Origin: Catajapyx aquilonaris
Lineage: Eukaryota
Reading direction: 5' to 3'
DNA: 47,487 bases
NCBI GenBank assembly: GCA_000934665.2
Contig: JYFJ02003007.1
Span: 1-47,487, forward strand
The notes below the pieces were generated by a model. It ran no database searches. It was given only the letters and a program-made list of their open reading frames with translations, and was not told the origin of the DNA. The translations under genes were made by a program, and so were the position numbers. Within the stretch, counting starts at the first letter, position 1; each line of letters opens with the position of its first letter. Positions 25,301-38,523 of the stretch are shown piece by piece.

Positions 25301-28300
25301 TTAGTTTCAAAAACCTTTAAACACAACGGTCATTTTAATTATTGGAACACACTGTATAGTCACAAACTGCTGCACTTGTGCAAATAATATTCCACATAAT
25401 ATATCGGTTATAATGATTTTTTGAATGTTTCCCGCAGACCCTCGAATGCTGATTTTCAAGAGCCATTGCTATTAAGTTTCATTTTGCGAAACGCTTAATG
25501 TGATTTTATAACCTTGTTTAAACAGTGGTTTGAAATCATGAAATGATTCGTTTTTCCGTAGACTATATGAGACACATGGTGTGATACTAGCCACATAAAC
25601 CACATATTCAATTTCATAAAGTTCCGGCACGATTATAAAGAGTTAATTTACAACTAATCAAGCTTTTTGACAACCGGAATATTTACGAGCTAACCTTCAG
25701 CTACAGTGACAGCAAACATCCCAATTCACGCAGTTTCGCGGGACGATTAAACCCACATTACAACAATAAAATTATGTGAACCTGTTATAACGATCCTCTA
25801 CTATGAGAAAGAATCGCACCGAAAAATAATGTGAATTGTAAAGGGCTTGGAGCAATACTGTGTGGAGCTAACCAAGGTTAGTTTTTAAAAATAGATGAAT
25901 GTTGCGCTTACTGTCCCGCAAACTTTTGTTAAGAGCGTTAAATGTTTTTGCAGTTGATGAGATAATCGACCATCATATTTACCGGGCATCTACCGGAATG
26001 GAGGCGTTTCCAATTTACATGCAATATGCAAAGAGTGAAGCAGGATTCAAAATAGAGGCCTACACACATTTTTCGAGTCTTTAGTGAGCCTGTTTCATCC
26101 TGATAATCCATTACAGCTCTAAATCCAAATTTTTCCCAATATTCACTTCAGTCTAGCCTAATTATTTATGAAGTCATTACCTTTTCGTGGGAATCTGATG
26201 TGGGAATCAATAACTAGCAGGAGCGAAACTTCTGGGAAAAATCATTAACAAACCTATAAACCACATCAGAATCAGCAGTCAACAGTAATGATATAGGAAG
26301 AGAGATGATGCCAGAGGTTGTATGCCATTAAGGTTACTAAGTTGCCTTAGTTCTTGTCGGATGAGTAAGGACTGATTATTTTCAGCTTACTTTTTCATTA
26401 AGTCTCAGTTGGGTGCAGCACCCTGCTGTTGAGCCAGATGGGGACGCGAGAGAGGAAATATAGCGCTGAATTTCAACCCTAAATGTGGGCTGACACACAT
26501 TCGGCTTTGTCTGTTCCATTAGATTGTGAGTCGCAAGTGTCCTCTCCTCCATCCACAGCTCGCTTCTATATTTGGTTGAAGACCTTCACATCCACATATA
26601 CGAAACAGCATTGACGTAACAGCACCCACTCACACAGTCTGTAGAATCGAGGAGGAAATGAGTATTGTGTCATCTCCGGCCGCAGCAGCAGGCAGGATTT
26701 CTCATCAATTACAATGGGGCCGCAGCTCCTTTGGTGAGACACTGCTGACATATAATAGTTCTCTGCAGTGGCAGCACTGGTTTGTATAGTCATTCGGTTA
26801 CAAATGGATCTCCTACACAGCTTTTACAAGCCATTACAAAACCAAGAGAGGTTGGCAAATGCACCGATGATACACAGTCCTGCAGCTGGTACCAGGGCTC
26901 CGAATTGGAGCCGCCTGTCGGTGTCACTTTTCCGGGATGCTTTCAATTACTGGATCGAGTTTCGCCCATTTTAATCACCTGCTAACAAAGGTGATCGTCA
27001 AGACTAAAATACACCGCAGTTTGTGTCGGCTGCAGGGGTCAATAAAGGGCTGTGTGTATTTTTCCTGGCATAGAATGTAGGTTTTTTTTTGTAAATACTG
27101 CCTGATACTGCCTACTTCAGAACCACGAGACACCAAGCATTATTTTATTATGAAGAAATTGATCCTTATCATACCAGATTTTTGATGTCTGCAGTGTAGG
27201 GCTGATTGAATCAGTGGGGTGTGAGATATGTTGGAACGCATGGTGAGAGAAGGTGACAAGGCTTGTTCCATTATTTTATGACCAACCAATAAAGAGAAAA
27301 AGACAAGGCTAAAAAAACGGGGGAATAATAGATCAAGAAGCCACACGTTATGGCCCGATTCCGACGTAGGACATGAACTTGGCACTTGTCATTGGCTAAC
27401 GGAGACGTTTTTTGTTGAATTTATGGATTCACTGTCCTCCTAAGTGGTTCATCGTATCCTACAAAATGGTTAACCTTCTTTCTTGCGATGATTCAACATG
27501 CCTCACACCATGATTCAACCTCACCCATCCTGTGTACATGATCAAATAAGTTCAAAAAATGATTTACAAATCTTGTTATTGACGTATAAAGTGGAGAGTG
27601 AAAAGTTTCTAAACAATCTGCGCAAACTTGTACAGTACTCGTGGTCCAGTCGTAAATACATAACTTCCACAGCACTCTATGAAATATTCATTCTTTCCTA
27701 GGGCAGCACCTACGATATAGACTATCGGACCCTATAGCATCCATTTATATACGATCGGAAGTGCACGCTCTGTCAACTTAATGGGAGCGCTGTATAATAC
27801 TGCAACGTTTGTCGAGGATACACACTAATAACACTGCAAGTTACTTTTTTGTCAGTACTTTTAAGTATAAAGTTACGTGATGCATACTGAATACTGTTTC
27901 GAGGGCATACCAACGCACATAGGCACACCCAAGCCACTGCACATTGTGATTAATAATCTCCTCTGCATAGAACGCCGTAAGAAATCCGCTAGATAAACAT
28001 TCCACCACGAAAAAATCTGAAAGCCGGTGTATTGACCTTGTCAGAAGAGTCAACGCCCCTGCAAGCTGTACAACACGCAACGCAAACCTGCCGTAAGGTT
28101 TCATACACCTTCTAAATAAATTTCTTTCTAATCCTCACAAGAGTCGAAATCTCACGTTTTACAGCATGCCAACCGTAATCAAACTGAAACTAAAGATTAA
28201 TCATTGTTAATTGCAGTCAGGACCTACCGATAGTACAACGTCACTTGATATCATCGATTCCATCGATTTTTTTTTTCCAGGCCCTTTCTCTCTTCTTTCA

Positions 28301-28578
28301 CTCTCCGTTAAAACCGCTAGGGAACAACTTACACGGCCGCCTGGGCTTAAAGTGTCCAGTTTTGTACAGGCACCATTGTTGAAGGGGGAGGCGCCTCCAT
28401 TGCTTCTGTTGCGTGGCGGAAGACGGAAGGTAACGCGATAAGAACATAGGGGTCGGGGATTGATGACTTGGACTCTTTCCCCGGGAGCGAGAATGTGCCT
28501 GCATTTCATCCGCCTTAGCTCACGTAATATATTGCTGCGATTATATTACGTTCCGTCGCCCGATTTATTTGCTCGGGG

Positions 28579-28609
28579 TTTTTTTTTTTTTTGGGGGGGG
28601 GGGGGGGAN
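28579..28609. repeat. T14-G15 homopolymer pair with an ambiguous base
   Basis: Read directly. N at 28609 marks local sequencing or assembly uncertainty. Confidence 0.9.
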
Positions 28610-30702
28610 CGGGCTTAACTGAATAGAGCCCGTGGTGTTACAGGGCTAGAAGATACACCAGAGTTTGGTAGCCTAAAGAAAACTCCTTTCATAGCCATAA
28701 TCAAGCTCAAAATAGGCCATCATTTTTCGTACAATGGACGCGCCTACAGGGTGTTGCAAACATCCGGTGCTTTGCCTCGTTTTTTTTAATGCGGGGAGGC
28801 CAAACAGCTACACAATGCACACAGTTCAGGAGAGGGTGCTGACCCTCTTTGTAGTGAGTTGTTATAAACTGTAATATTTTTTGAAGTTATTTCTTTTTTG
28901 TGGGTCTTCTATATTTATGCATGGCTGTGGGTGGTTCAGTACAAAGAACCAACCAACCAAAACCTTGTTGTAACTTTAAATATCTTTAAAACACGAATTC
29001 AACTGATTTATGTGATATTATTAGTCGTTAAAAGACATCTCCCACCCAGTCAGTCAACTGGTTAGTCAGAAGCTATTTCCTACATGATAACAGTGTCACC
29101 TATTTGATTAACTTACGTAATTTTAAGTGAGTCCAAACTCTCATCTTTTGGTCCTAATTCAAAAAGTCAAGGCGTTCTTTTATTAAATCCAATGCAGTAC
29201 GAACCTTTTTACGCCATTCGTCATCTTCTAACCCCCCCCCCCCTTTCGAAGAATTCGATTAGTTTGAGATGAAAGAAAAATATAATACGAGTTCTGCTGT
29301 CAAACTCTGACAACAAGGAGAAATGAGCAAGTTTTTCTCAGCTCCCGTTACCCTTTGATTTTCCCTTCCATTTTTATTATTATTATTATTATGAAGACAT
29401 TTTAATGTCTCGCCAAAGGAACGTACAATTTTTTTTTTGCGCAAGGCTGCGTATCAGAGATCTTTCAAGATTCGCGAATTAGGTAACTCCAGCGTAAGTT
29501 TGGTAGAATTGTAAAACTTTCTCCTTTTTGAAAGTGTCCTTCCTTTGCCGTGACTCCACAGAAAATTCAAGTCGCAAATTTTCAATTGAAATGAGCCACG
29601 GTAATTTGATGAAAGAAAGTAGCTTTCAGACAAAGTTAATTTCAGATAGTTCCTTACAGTTTCCAACAAGTTATTGATATTTTTTTTGTCTCCCTCTATA
29701 CCAATCCCCCCCGCCCCGGCCAGTTGAAACAAAACGGTTTGTAGGATAATCGAGTTGACTGTTCGCTCGCATGCAACTGACAGCATTTATGTCACGACTG
29801 ATTTTGTCCCTCCCAAATTAAATAATGCGAATGAATATGGACCTAGCCTAGACGCATTGTGTAGTATCAACTTTAGTGTATGGTGGCGAGACATTGACTA
29901 AGAAATTCCTTTTTGGCACAACTAATGGAAGGAGATAACTTTCCTCAGGGTCTGTTTTGCTTTTCAAGGGCTTATTCAGCTTGAGAAGATGATTTACATA
30001 CCGTGCTATATTGTTCGGTTGGGAGGTTGGCGCCGTGAAAGGTCGTGAAGTTATCCAGCTGTTTAATAGTCTAATTGCATTGTCTCCTTGTTTTTCATTT
30101 TCATAGGGGCTCCTTTTAAAATAAAGGGTGAATCAACTTAATTGATGACTACCCTGCCATTGTGGTTTTAGATTATCTAAAGTGTTGGAGACCAGCCTCA
30201 TTACTTGATAGCCTCCCAATTTTTTTGAAAGGTACCAATATTTAGAGATGTGTGTTGCGAAGGGAACATTGTCCGGGCTAGTGGACTAGAGAATGGCCTG
30301 CGACATTGACGTGACAGGTTCCAGGAACACGATTCGATGCATTTTCTCCTGTCTGCTCCAATCAGGTCGTTTCTTTTTTTGCCACTGACCAAAACATCAC
30401 TCGGTACCAACTGGACGTTCGGTTGGTTCAGTGTGATTACAATTGCAGGTTGAAATTGACAGCTACCGTTTAAGTTACACCCTGTTGATGTTACAGCTCT
30501 ACAAAAAAATACATTGCAGGGGTTCAATGGGAGATGTATGCTGGTCAAAACGAGCGGCGCGGCGAACCAAATGAGGGCTTTGATTAACTCAAAAGACCAC
30601 TTTAAAATTCGACTGTACAAAATCTGGGCTACAGTAATCCCTGTGACCCAGAACGCCTAATGAACAAGGGTGCTGCGGTTATCGAACCTTCAAGGTAGGA
30701 TA

Positions 30703-31046
30703 ATATATGGTATTGTAGCATGGTAAAGCCTGAAGTAATTCGCTATGCACTATAGACTACTGCTTCTCAATGACAAGTACGAATATATCAAAATGCATTT
30801 GAAAAAAACTTTTGAAAAGATAACCAAGTTCTTAAAATAATTACAAAGTGAATGTGCCACATACAGTGGTAGGAGCATACCACTGTATGTGGCACATTCA
30901 CTTTGTAATTATTTTAAGAACTTGGTTATCTTTTCAAAAGTTTTTTTCAAATGCATTTTGATATATTCGTACTTGTCATTGAGAAGCAGTAGTCTATAGT
31001 GCATAGCGAATTACTTCAGGCTTTACCATGCTACAATACCATATAT
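30703..31046. repeat. Perfect long palindrome (inverted duplication): 169-bp arms, 6-bp spacer
   Basis: 30703-30871 is the exact reverse complement of 30878-31046 (checked base by base). Spacer GGAGCA. Confidence 0.95.
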
Positions 31047-31162
31047 ACAATACCATAAGCTTTTCTCTCCGATGCGATGTTAGTTGTAAGTTGTTAGTAT
31101 AGTCTACATTATGCTGTATAGTTGCTATTATTGTTATTGGCTCTGCATATTGTATTCACAGC

Positions 31163-31315
31163 AAGTGCCCTATTTAAGGGGGTAACAACTTCCCAAAAAA
31201 GTGTACACCAGTTCCTGGAACCGGGTGGTTCCACCCTGTTCCAAGCCCCACAGCGACCCTGTACACCGATTCCACGAAGTGGTTATCCCCTCGGTGCTAT
31301 AATAGGTGGGCACTT
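31163..31315. repeat. Degenerate fold-back (MITE relic)
   Basis: AAGTGCCC..CTATT..AGGGGGTAACAACTTC pairs with GAAGTGGTTATCCCCT..AATAG..GGGCACTT, with indels. Confidence 0.45.
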
Positions 31316-34300
31316 CAACTAGTGTATAGCCTTCTTACGAGTTTATAAAAAGATACCACCCTAGTTTATTTTGGTGATTTCAGCTTCATTACGAATATAA
31401 TGGCATGTTTAGTATTGGAAGCCATCCTGTGCGTCAGGCGACCCCCTGTAGCATGGGAGGTTGGGTGTGACATAGCCCCTATAGGATGATCCCTATTACT
31501 TACTAGTGCAAAATTAACAAGTTATAATCTCAGCAATGAACCCAAACGCGCCAAAGTCAACTGAAGTAAATTCGTCATATAAATTGGCAATAGGCCTAAA
31601 TCCGAGAGAAAATGCGCACCGTAGTCACCATCCTCTATAAAAGGTGTTGTATAATGATTCAGACAAAAAAAATTGCACAGTGAACTAAAACCCCACAACC
31701 AGCCTATCTGTCCGTTCCAACCTGATAGAAGCCACAGTGGCAATCAGAACTTGGACTATGCAAAATTATGAAATTACTATTGAAGCACATCCTAATAAAG
31801 TTCATGACACGGCTCGTTTAATCCACACGTCAAGGCCTCACTCTCGAGTCCGATATTTCTTGACACTCCTAATTGGCAGGCTTACATGCCTTCACATAAA
31901 ACTAGCTCGCGTGTCATCAGGAATTTCAATCCTCTATGAGGGCTAGGAATTAATTTTTCCTGCATATATTACAGTTCTCGCTCTTTGAATTTTCCAGTAA
32001 TTCAACCGGTATTTTGGAGCAATTGTCAGTAATGTGACATTTATGCGCTGTGTTTGAACCTATATCAGTACGACAAAAGCTGCTGTTGTTTGTGGTGATG
32101 GCACTAACACTTAACATTGTACTTTTTACTGCATCAAAGGTTTTAACAATGTTACGAGAAGGCATATATACTGTACATGATTTGATTACAGTATTATATG
32201 CCGCATGTGCTCATATCGAATGGAATTCGACTGGCAAAAGCAAAATGAGCTAATCAATAATGCATCCTTAACACCGTTTTAGCCATTTCATTAATTTTGT
32301 TTAGGTCAACATGCCCGAACGAAGCCTCATTTTAAGCAGCGGAAAAATATTATGCCTCCCTCACAAATGACAAGCTGCAGATTTCCTTGTCAAAACAAAC
32401 CCATGTGAAATTACTCACGGAAAGCAACGTTCCAAAAAAAATAGTCTGCTCATTGTAGCATGACACGCGTATGAAATGCACTTAAACCGCTTTAAGTTAG
32501 GGCTATGCTCTGAACGTAATGTACGCATAATTGAGAGAAAACATCAAGATAGGAATTGGGCAAGCCGTTAGTGAAACTATTCCGTAGGATTTTACAGCTC
32601 GTTTGGAAACAAGAATCGACTTTTATTCTCTTTGCGGTCGTCTCTGCAGGCTGGTGCTGGAATGTACTTGAATAAACAAGTCAGGGTTCCCCCAAGCTAA
32701 CTTTGGTCCGACGAAGTTAAAAAAAAAAGAAAATGGTGTGCTCATCAATTGGGCAGGTCAGGAAGCGATTTCGCACGTCCAAATCCCGCACAGGCGATTA
32801 ACCGAGAAAACCACCTCTAGTTGGGCAGAGTCACAAAATGCTCTCCCTCCGCTTTCTCTTTCTCTCCCAATATATTCGGATCACATAGGACCCAACTGCT
32901 GCGTCATCGCATGCAGTACAGTACAGTGCGGGATTTCACCTCTTCACCAAACGCTTCCTATCCGCTGCACGTACCCTACTTCCGAACTGTTCAGAATAGC
33001 GTTCTTGTACCACAGGACGCTAGTCGTAGGGCTTAGTAAACTTCAAAGAACTTGCAGGAATGATGACAAAACCTGGTCTAGTTACCGGGACCACACTGGG
33101 TGGAGTACTGCATAGGACAGATCAAGGATGAGGGTTATCGGCTACGAGGAGGCGGCCACAGAGGCAAGCGACATTTGCCATGTTGTAAACAAGCTTTGCA
33201 CACTTTCAAAGAAAGCTTTTGCTACATTTTTTTGAGGGATTAAATATTTTACGTTGGTGCAGTGACAATAGAGAGACCGAAATGGAAGTTGCTCCCGGGT
33301 GACACGACATCGACATTGGCGGCGTAGGATGCTGAGTGGCCGGCACTCTCGGATCACTATAACCTTGACTATACCAAAAAAAAACAAGGATCCTACCTGT
33401 TGGAATTTTTTCACTGTACTCATCCAGCATGAGGGAAAAAATGTGGAACTACTTTTGCCACAATGCACCTTCCCCCCTAGGCGGAGAGATATTTATAAAG
33501 TTTTGAAGAAGTTACGGTGATTGAAGTGTACGTGGAACAAAAGCTGACCTGAAGGCTTAGTGCAGTCCTTTACAAAGGTCTGTTCTATGGCCTACCTTTA
33601 TTAAGAAGCGTTGTCCGCTTCCATAAGTTCAATTAAAAGCGTCCATTGCAGTCAGGAATGCAGTCGCTTCCGATGAATTGACTCTCCTCTGCATTCTAAT
33701 CTGAGAAACTTTGCACTCATTCTCCAAATTCCCTTTTTCCATCTTGTGATGAAGGAAGCTCGTTTGACATTTAAATTAAACGGCACAATTTCTTGCTTCG
33801 AAATGCCGCCTTCTTCAGCGAGCCATGACTGACACTGCCATGACTTATAGCCCTCTTGCATTTCTCAATTTCGTCTCTCGCATACGTTATGAGATTCGAG
33901 TGACTTGAAGGATTATTCTTTGCTAATAAGCTATCCCTTTTTGGCTAAGCCCTGGTTAAGCTGCCACAGTGTGAGACACTTGAAAATCCTACGATGTTAA
34001 GGATGAGAAAGATGTGGGTGTAATGAGAGATTAGAACCGATCGCGCATATTTTTGTTAAACCCCGGGATGTTCCTTTGAAAAGAGCTAATGTTGATGGCC
34101 CTTAATCAGCTACTCTTAAGAATGGAAACCACTGTTATCGGATCAGAATCTCTTCGGAAAAGTTTCCATAATCCGAAACCGCGGTTTGAAGCTTCCGTTT
34201 CCTCGGGTATCAGAGAATCCTCTCCTCTTCCTTTGATCTTTATAATCATCGTTCATGGACAGAACTTGATCAATAATGGCCTTCTCCTTTTCAATTTATA

Positions 34301-36485
34301 AAGGCCCCTTCTTGCAGGGTTCATAAGACAAGGACTGCCTCTCTCCTCTGGCAACTTGTGCAAAAGTCCATCAGTGGCGCATATTCAAAGGAAGTGTTTC
34401 CTACTCCAAACTTTCCAACAGCGCTTCTCACCAAAATCTAGCCCACTCCACTCTTTCATGTAATTAAAACTCAAGTATCTATCCTTATAGGTGCATGTGA
34501 ACAGCCCTGAGGTTATAATTAAAGGGTTCTAGTCAACAGCCTAATTAGTCTGGGAATCGAACTCAAGACTTATCTCTCTGATTCTATAGGCTTTCGAGCT
34601 TTCTGATCCAATTCAGCTACGTTCCATTTCATCGAACGCGACATTTGAGCCTCGGAAATAAAAAAAGAGAGAGTCTGAGGCGAAAAAATGACAGACCAGA
34701 GTCATCAGTATCCGCATTATTCTCTTCCTTTTTATTGAACTTCTCTCCATTTTTTTCCCGTCTAACTTCCGACCCGATTTCTCGCAAACTTGATAAAGCT
34801 TGCGGCCAGCCACTGGGTTTCGGAACCACATTTTTTCGTTGTACTTTTTTTTTTTTACTGGCCTTATTTTCCGGACGGAAAAGTTTCACGAGAGGTAGTG
34901 CTATGAGGGGTGAGGGTGGAAAGTGGGTAATGGCATTGCCGGTGTCCCTGCGGCCTTGCTCTTGATGACTAGCCCTGCACGCATGCACGCACACCAGAAA
35001 GAACTTCTGCTGGCAAAAAAAAGGGTCAAAGTCCATTCACATAAAAAACAGGGGGTCCCAGAAGCGAAACTTCTCTTATTTTTCCAATAAGAGACACAGT
35101 GGTCAAGATGGTGAAAAACATGAGGCATTTTTGCCTTTCCTTGACTTGCACGGAGACTTTTCCCTTGTTTACCTTAGAAGCTGTGTCTCTTGAGGATTTG
35201 ACTCGACTGACAGCAACAGAGTGGAAATCTTGTCAAAGCGGTTTCGTCAGCTCCTTTTTGGGAGTCATCAAAGAAAGGCGAGTCTCAAAGGCGCGAGCAA
35301 GCAACGTTTTCTTGCACAAGACATCAACTTGTGGCCAAAAGTTACCAGAAGGGGAACTGGTAATTGATGATCTCGCCTGTAAAAATAAGAGTGTGACACA
35401 GAGTCAAGGGGTTGTCCTGAGTTAAAAGTCAGGCACATTTGAGACCAGGCTCTGGGGTATAGGTTTCCAAAAAACCAGATTGCTACTGGGTGTTCCAGTT
35501 GAAATGATATTAGTGGTTAGTGATACGAAAATAATGAATATAGCTCTTATTACAATGGGTTTTATTTGCCCTCCAAAGCTACACTATACTGTAAAAACTA
35601 AAATTAGAATCTGTGTTTGTTTGTCTTACCATATTTGGGCCCTAAGGCTTAATAAAATTCAGCCAGGTCTATACCGCGTGTTTTGACAGATATTTTAACT
35701 GGCATCATATTTTCTATCATATCCAATAGCTCAAGGCGTTCACGTAGAAGAGCGGTGCTGGCAAACTGCACCACAGGGTTGAGGGTTCCAATACTGAGTG
35801 TGTCAAAACTCAAAAGTATGCGTACGTAAGCTTGCAGCTTCTCGGTAACTTTCATACAAACCTTTGCAGAAAAAAAACGTGGGTGTGTATAAAGATGCTT
35901 CAGTGACCATGAGTCTAAATCCGGCCAACTCCACCATGAATAAAAATTCTATAAACACAACAACTGGACTCGCGATATTTAAACCAAGTTTTCGTGTTCT
36001 TTACTCGTATATCTGATAACATTAATTATAATCATCATTTTGTCAGTATTCCTTTAGTTTATGCTATACATCCAGGAAGTTCTTTGAAAGAGTGTAGCAT
36101 GTTCCAATTTAAGTGCCTACAGTGAATAACTGGAAAATTTTTCGGAACTAGGCTGCTTATTTCCTAACAGTTCTTGCATAGTTATATTTATTGGTTAGCA
36201 AATGCATTAGTTTTAAACATTAGGTGGCGTGGACCAGACCTTTTCAATGCCTACGAAGAGTGTCTGGCATGCAAAAATTGATTCTATAACTCCGTTCAGT
36301 GCCGCGGACTTTCTCAATCGAAAATGCATGGAAATTCAGAGCGGCTTAAAAAGATGATTCATTTCTGCCTAATACTTTTGATAACCACTAAAATGCAAAA
36401 ATTACTGCTTAGAAATAAGGAGCTTGACAGTCCCAAAAAATCTCTAACCACAACAGATATTTCAATTATTAAAACACGTTGTATT

Positions 36486-36907
36486 TTTTGTATTTTTTTA
36501 TATATACTGTATATTTTTAGATATACCCCGTGCTAGAGCCATGGGCTCTCTTAGGGGAGTGGATTACCACTATCGTGCAGGGACAGGGTAGGGATAGGAG
36601 GGGGGGACACTGGTGCATGTGCAATGTCATCAAGTTGGGGGTAGTGTGCAGTCCCTCAGGGGGCCCGTTCGCCAAGATTAACCCTAGATGCGAGTCAGAA
36701 ACCCCCCACTGACCCGCACCTCCTCCAGGGAAGGGAAAGGAAGCGGCTGTGGCCTATTTTACGGCACGATCCCGGAAATTATTCCTGGGGCGACCTTGGG
36801 AAACCACAGAAAACCAAGGTCAGGATCGCCGGCCTCCGGGATTCGAACCCAGGACCTCCCGATTAGCAGTCTGACACCATATCCACTACACCACTACTGC
36901 TTCGGTA
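36486..36907 (-). mobile_element. Full-length tRNA-derived SINE, family A, copy 2
   Basis: Minus strand TACCGAAGCAG..TGGTGTAGTGG..GACTGCTAATCGGGAGGTCCTGGGTTCGAATCCC, collinear with copy 1. TSD ACACGTTGTATT at 36474-36485 and 36908-36919. Confidence 0.92.
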
Positions 36908-38203
36908 ACACGTTGTATTACATCTAGTGTACGTACTTAGACTATGCCCTCAAACTCAAAAACTAAACGAATGTAGCCTATCAGACTTTACGACAATACT
37001 TGTATATTCCGAGTAACATGAATGTGACAAATGACTCTTTGATCTCACCTGTCATGGTTTAGTTAGTGCTGATGGTTCTCCATTGCAGAGATTCTGTTGC
37101 TTTGAATAGTGCAGATAAAATAGGGCTGATGAAAGGGATCACAGGGCAAGTCACACAGTACCAAATCATTACCGCACCCATCAAAAAAGGTCCACGCAAC
37201 AGTAGCAGTGATACACAAACAAGTCCCTAGCTGCGAAGATCGATAAGATTGCGTGATTATCACCCCACTCTGCAATATCGGCCCTTTCAGATATGCATAT
37301 GCAGATGAGTATGTTTGATGAAGGAAGGATGAGGGAAATGGTGGTAGTAGATGGATGTGGGAGAGGGGGTAGTGGCACGGGGGAGGGTTAACACTCTGAC
37401 GGAGCATAAAGCTTTTCCCCTCAGCTGACAAAGCATCAGCCAGTATGCTAATGAAAATCAGCCGCTCTGCAAAATTTTCCCCGGATATGAATGGGTAATA
37501 TTTCGCCCGCATTTGCACCAAAATCTGAAACCATTGTGCGGTACCCACACACCCGCCGTGCACTTATGCCAAAAAAGGGAGGATGGGTGTACGCACGCTG
37601 CACGCATCCCCGGAGTGTGCACACAAACTACCCATAACCGCCGTGTCAACAAGTCCCTTAAACGATTTAGTGGCCGTTATGCAAATTTTACTCCGTGCGT
37701 AGAGGACGTGCTTTTCGTAGTTGTCTGTGCGAGAGTAACAAGAAAAAAACCTCCAAAAGATTGTATATATTTCACTAATGATGGTGCCAAATGGCAGAAT
37801 AACTGGAATTATTCTCAAATAATCAAACATTTTTCATCATTAAGGGCCTTCTATTGTTTTCCTCACCACAGTCATAGGAATTTGCAAAATACAGTACAGT
37901 ATTTTAAAAGGTGATTCCAGTCTTATTCATGTGAAGGAATAGTATGCTTATAAATGACAGAGGTTTGAACAAGTACAGTACTGTGGTACCGAAGCGATGC
38001 GGAGATTTTTTTTTCGAATGCTTCTGTGTCCTTTACAATATTATTATTAAGATAAAAATGTTATATTAAAATCCTGCGTATTGCAGGCGATTCCAGTTAT
38101 GACCGAGGAATGTTGACAGTTCCAAATTGCCATATTTTGAAATATAAGACACGTAATTACACGAGTCATATCTTATTACGTAAATCCAATATCAAAATCA
38201 TAG

Positions 38204-38523
38204 GGAGGCGGAGTGGTGCTGCGGTAACGCACGCGCCCACGAATGTTAAGGTCCCGGGTTCGATCCCAGCCCGGGGTCCCCCCCTTCATCTCGTGCAGAG
38301 TTGGGCCATCTCTGGCTTCGTCTCGGGTGGAAATTTCCGCTAGACTAATCCACCCGGGGAGTTCACAAAATGACCAATATGCGACATTGCACTTGCACAT
38401 CCCCTCCTACTTACCCTTGGAACAATTAACATATATACATTATGTGGTTCCAAAAAGAGTGGTATTCCACTCCCCTAAAAAGGACCCAAGGCATGAGAAT
38501 GGGGTACTGTAAAATTTAAACAA
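38204..38523 (+). mobile_element. tRNA-derived SINE, family B (different head and body, family-A-like 3' end)
   Basis: A box TGGTGCTGCGG and B box GGTTCGATCCC. The 3' part shares GCACTTGCAC..CCCCTCCT and AGTGGTATTCCACTCCCCTAA..GGGGTA with family A. TSD ATCAA(A/T)ATCATAG at 38191-38203 and 38524-38536. Confidence 0.85.

Noticed and set aside
28745..28780. Isolated TA-CAGGGTG termini (also about 19435, and reversed at about 12813)
   Set aside because: No matching partner end found, so no element boundaries can be supported.
35722..35795. Possible additional SINE heads (also about 20005-20030 and 34551-34580)
   Set aside because: Only partial A/B-box similarity, too decayed to call.
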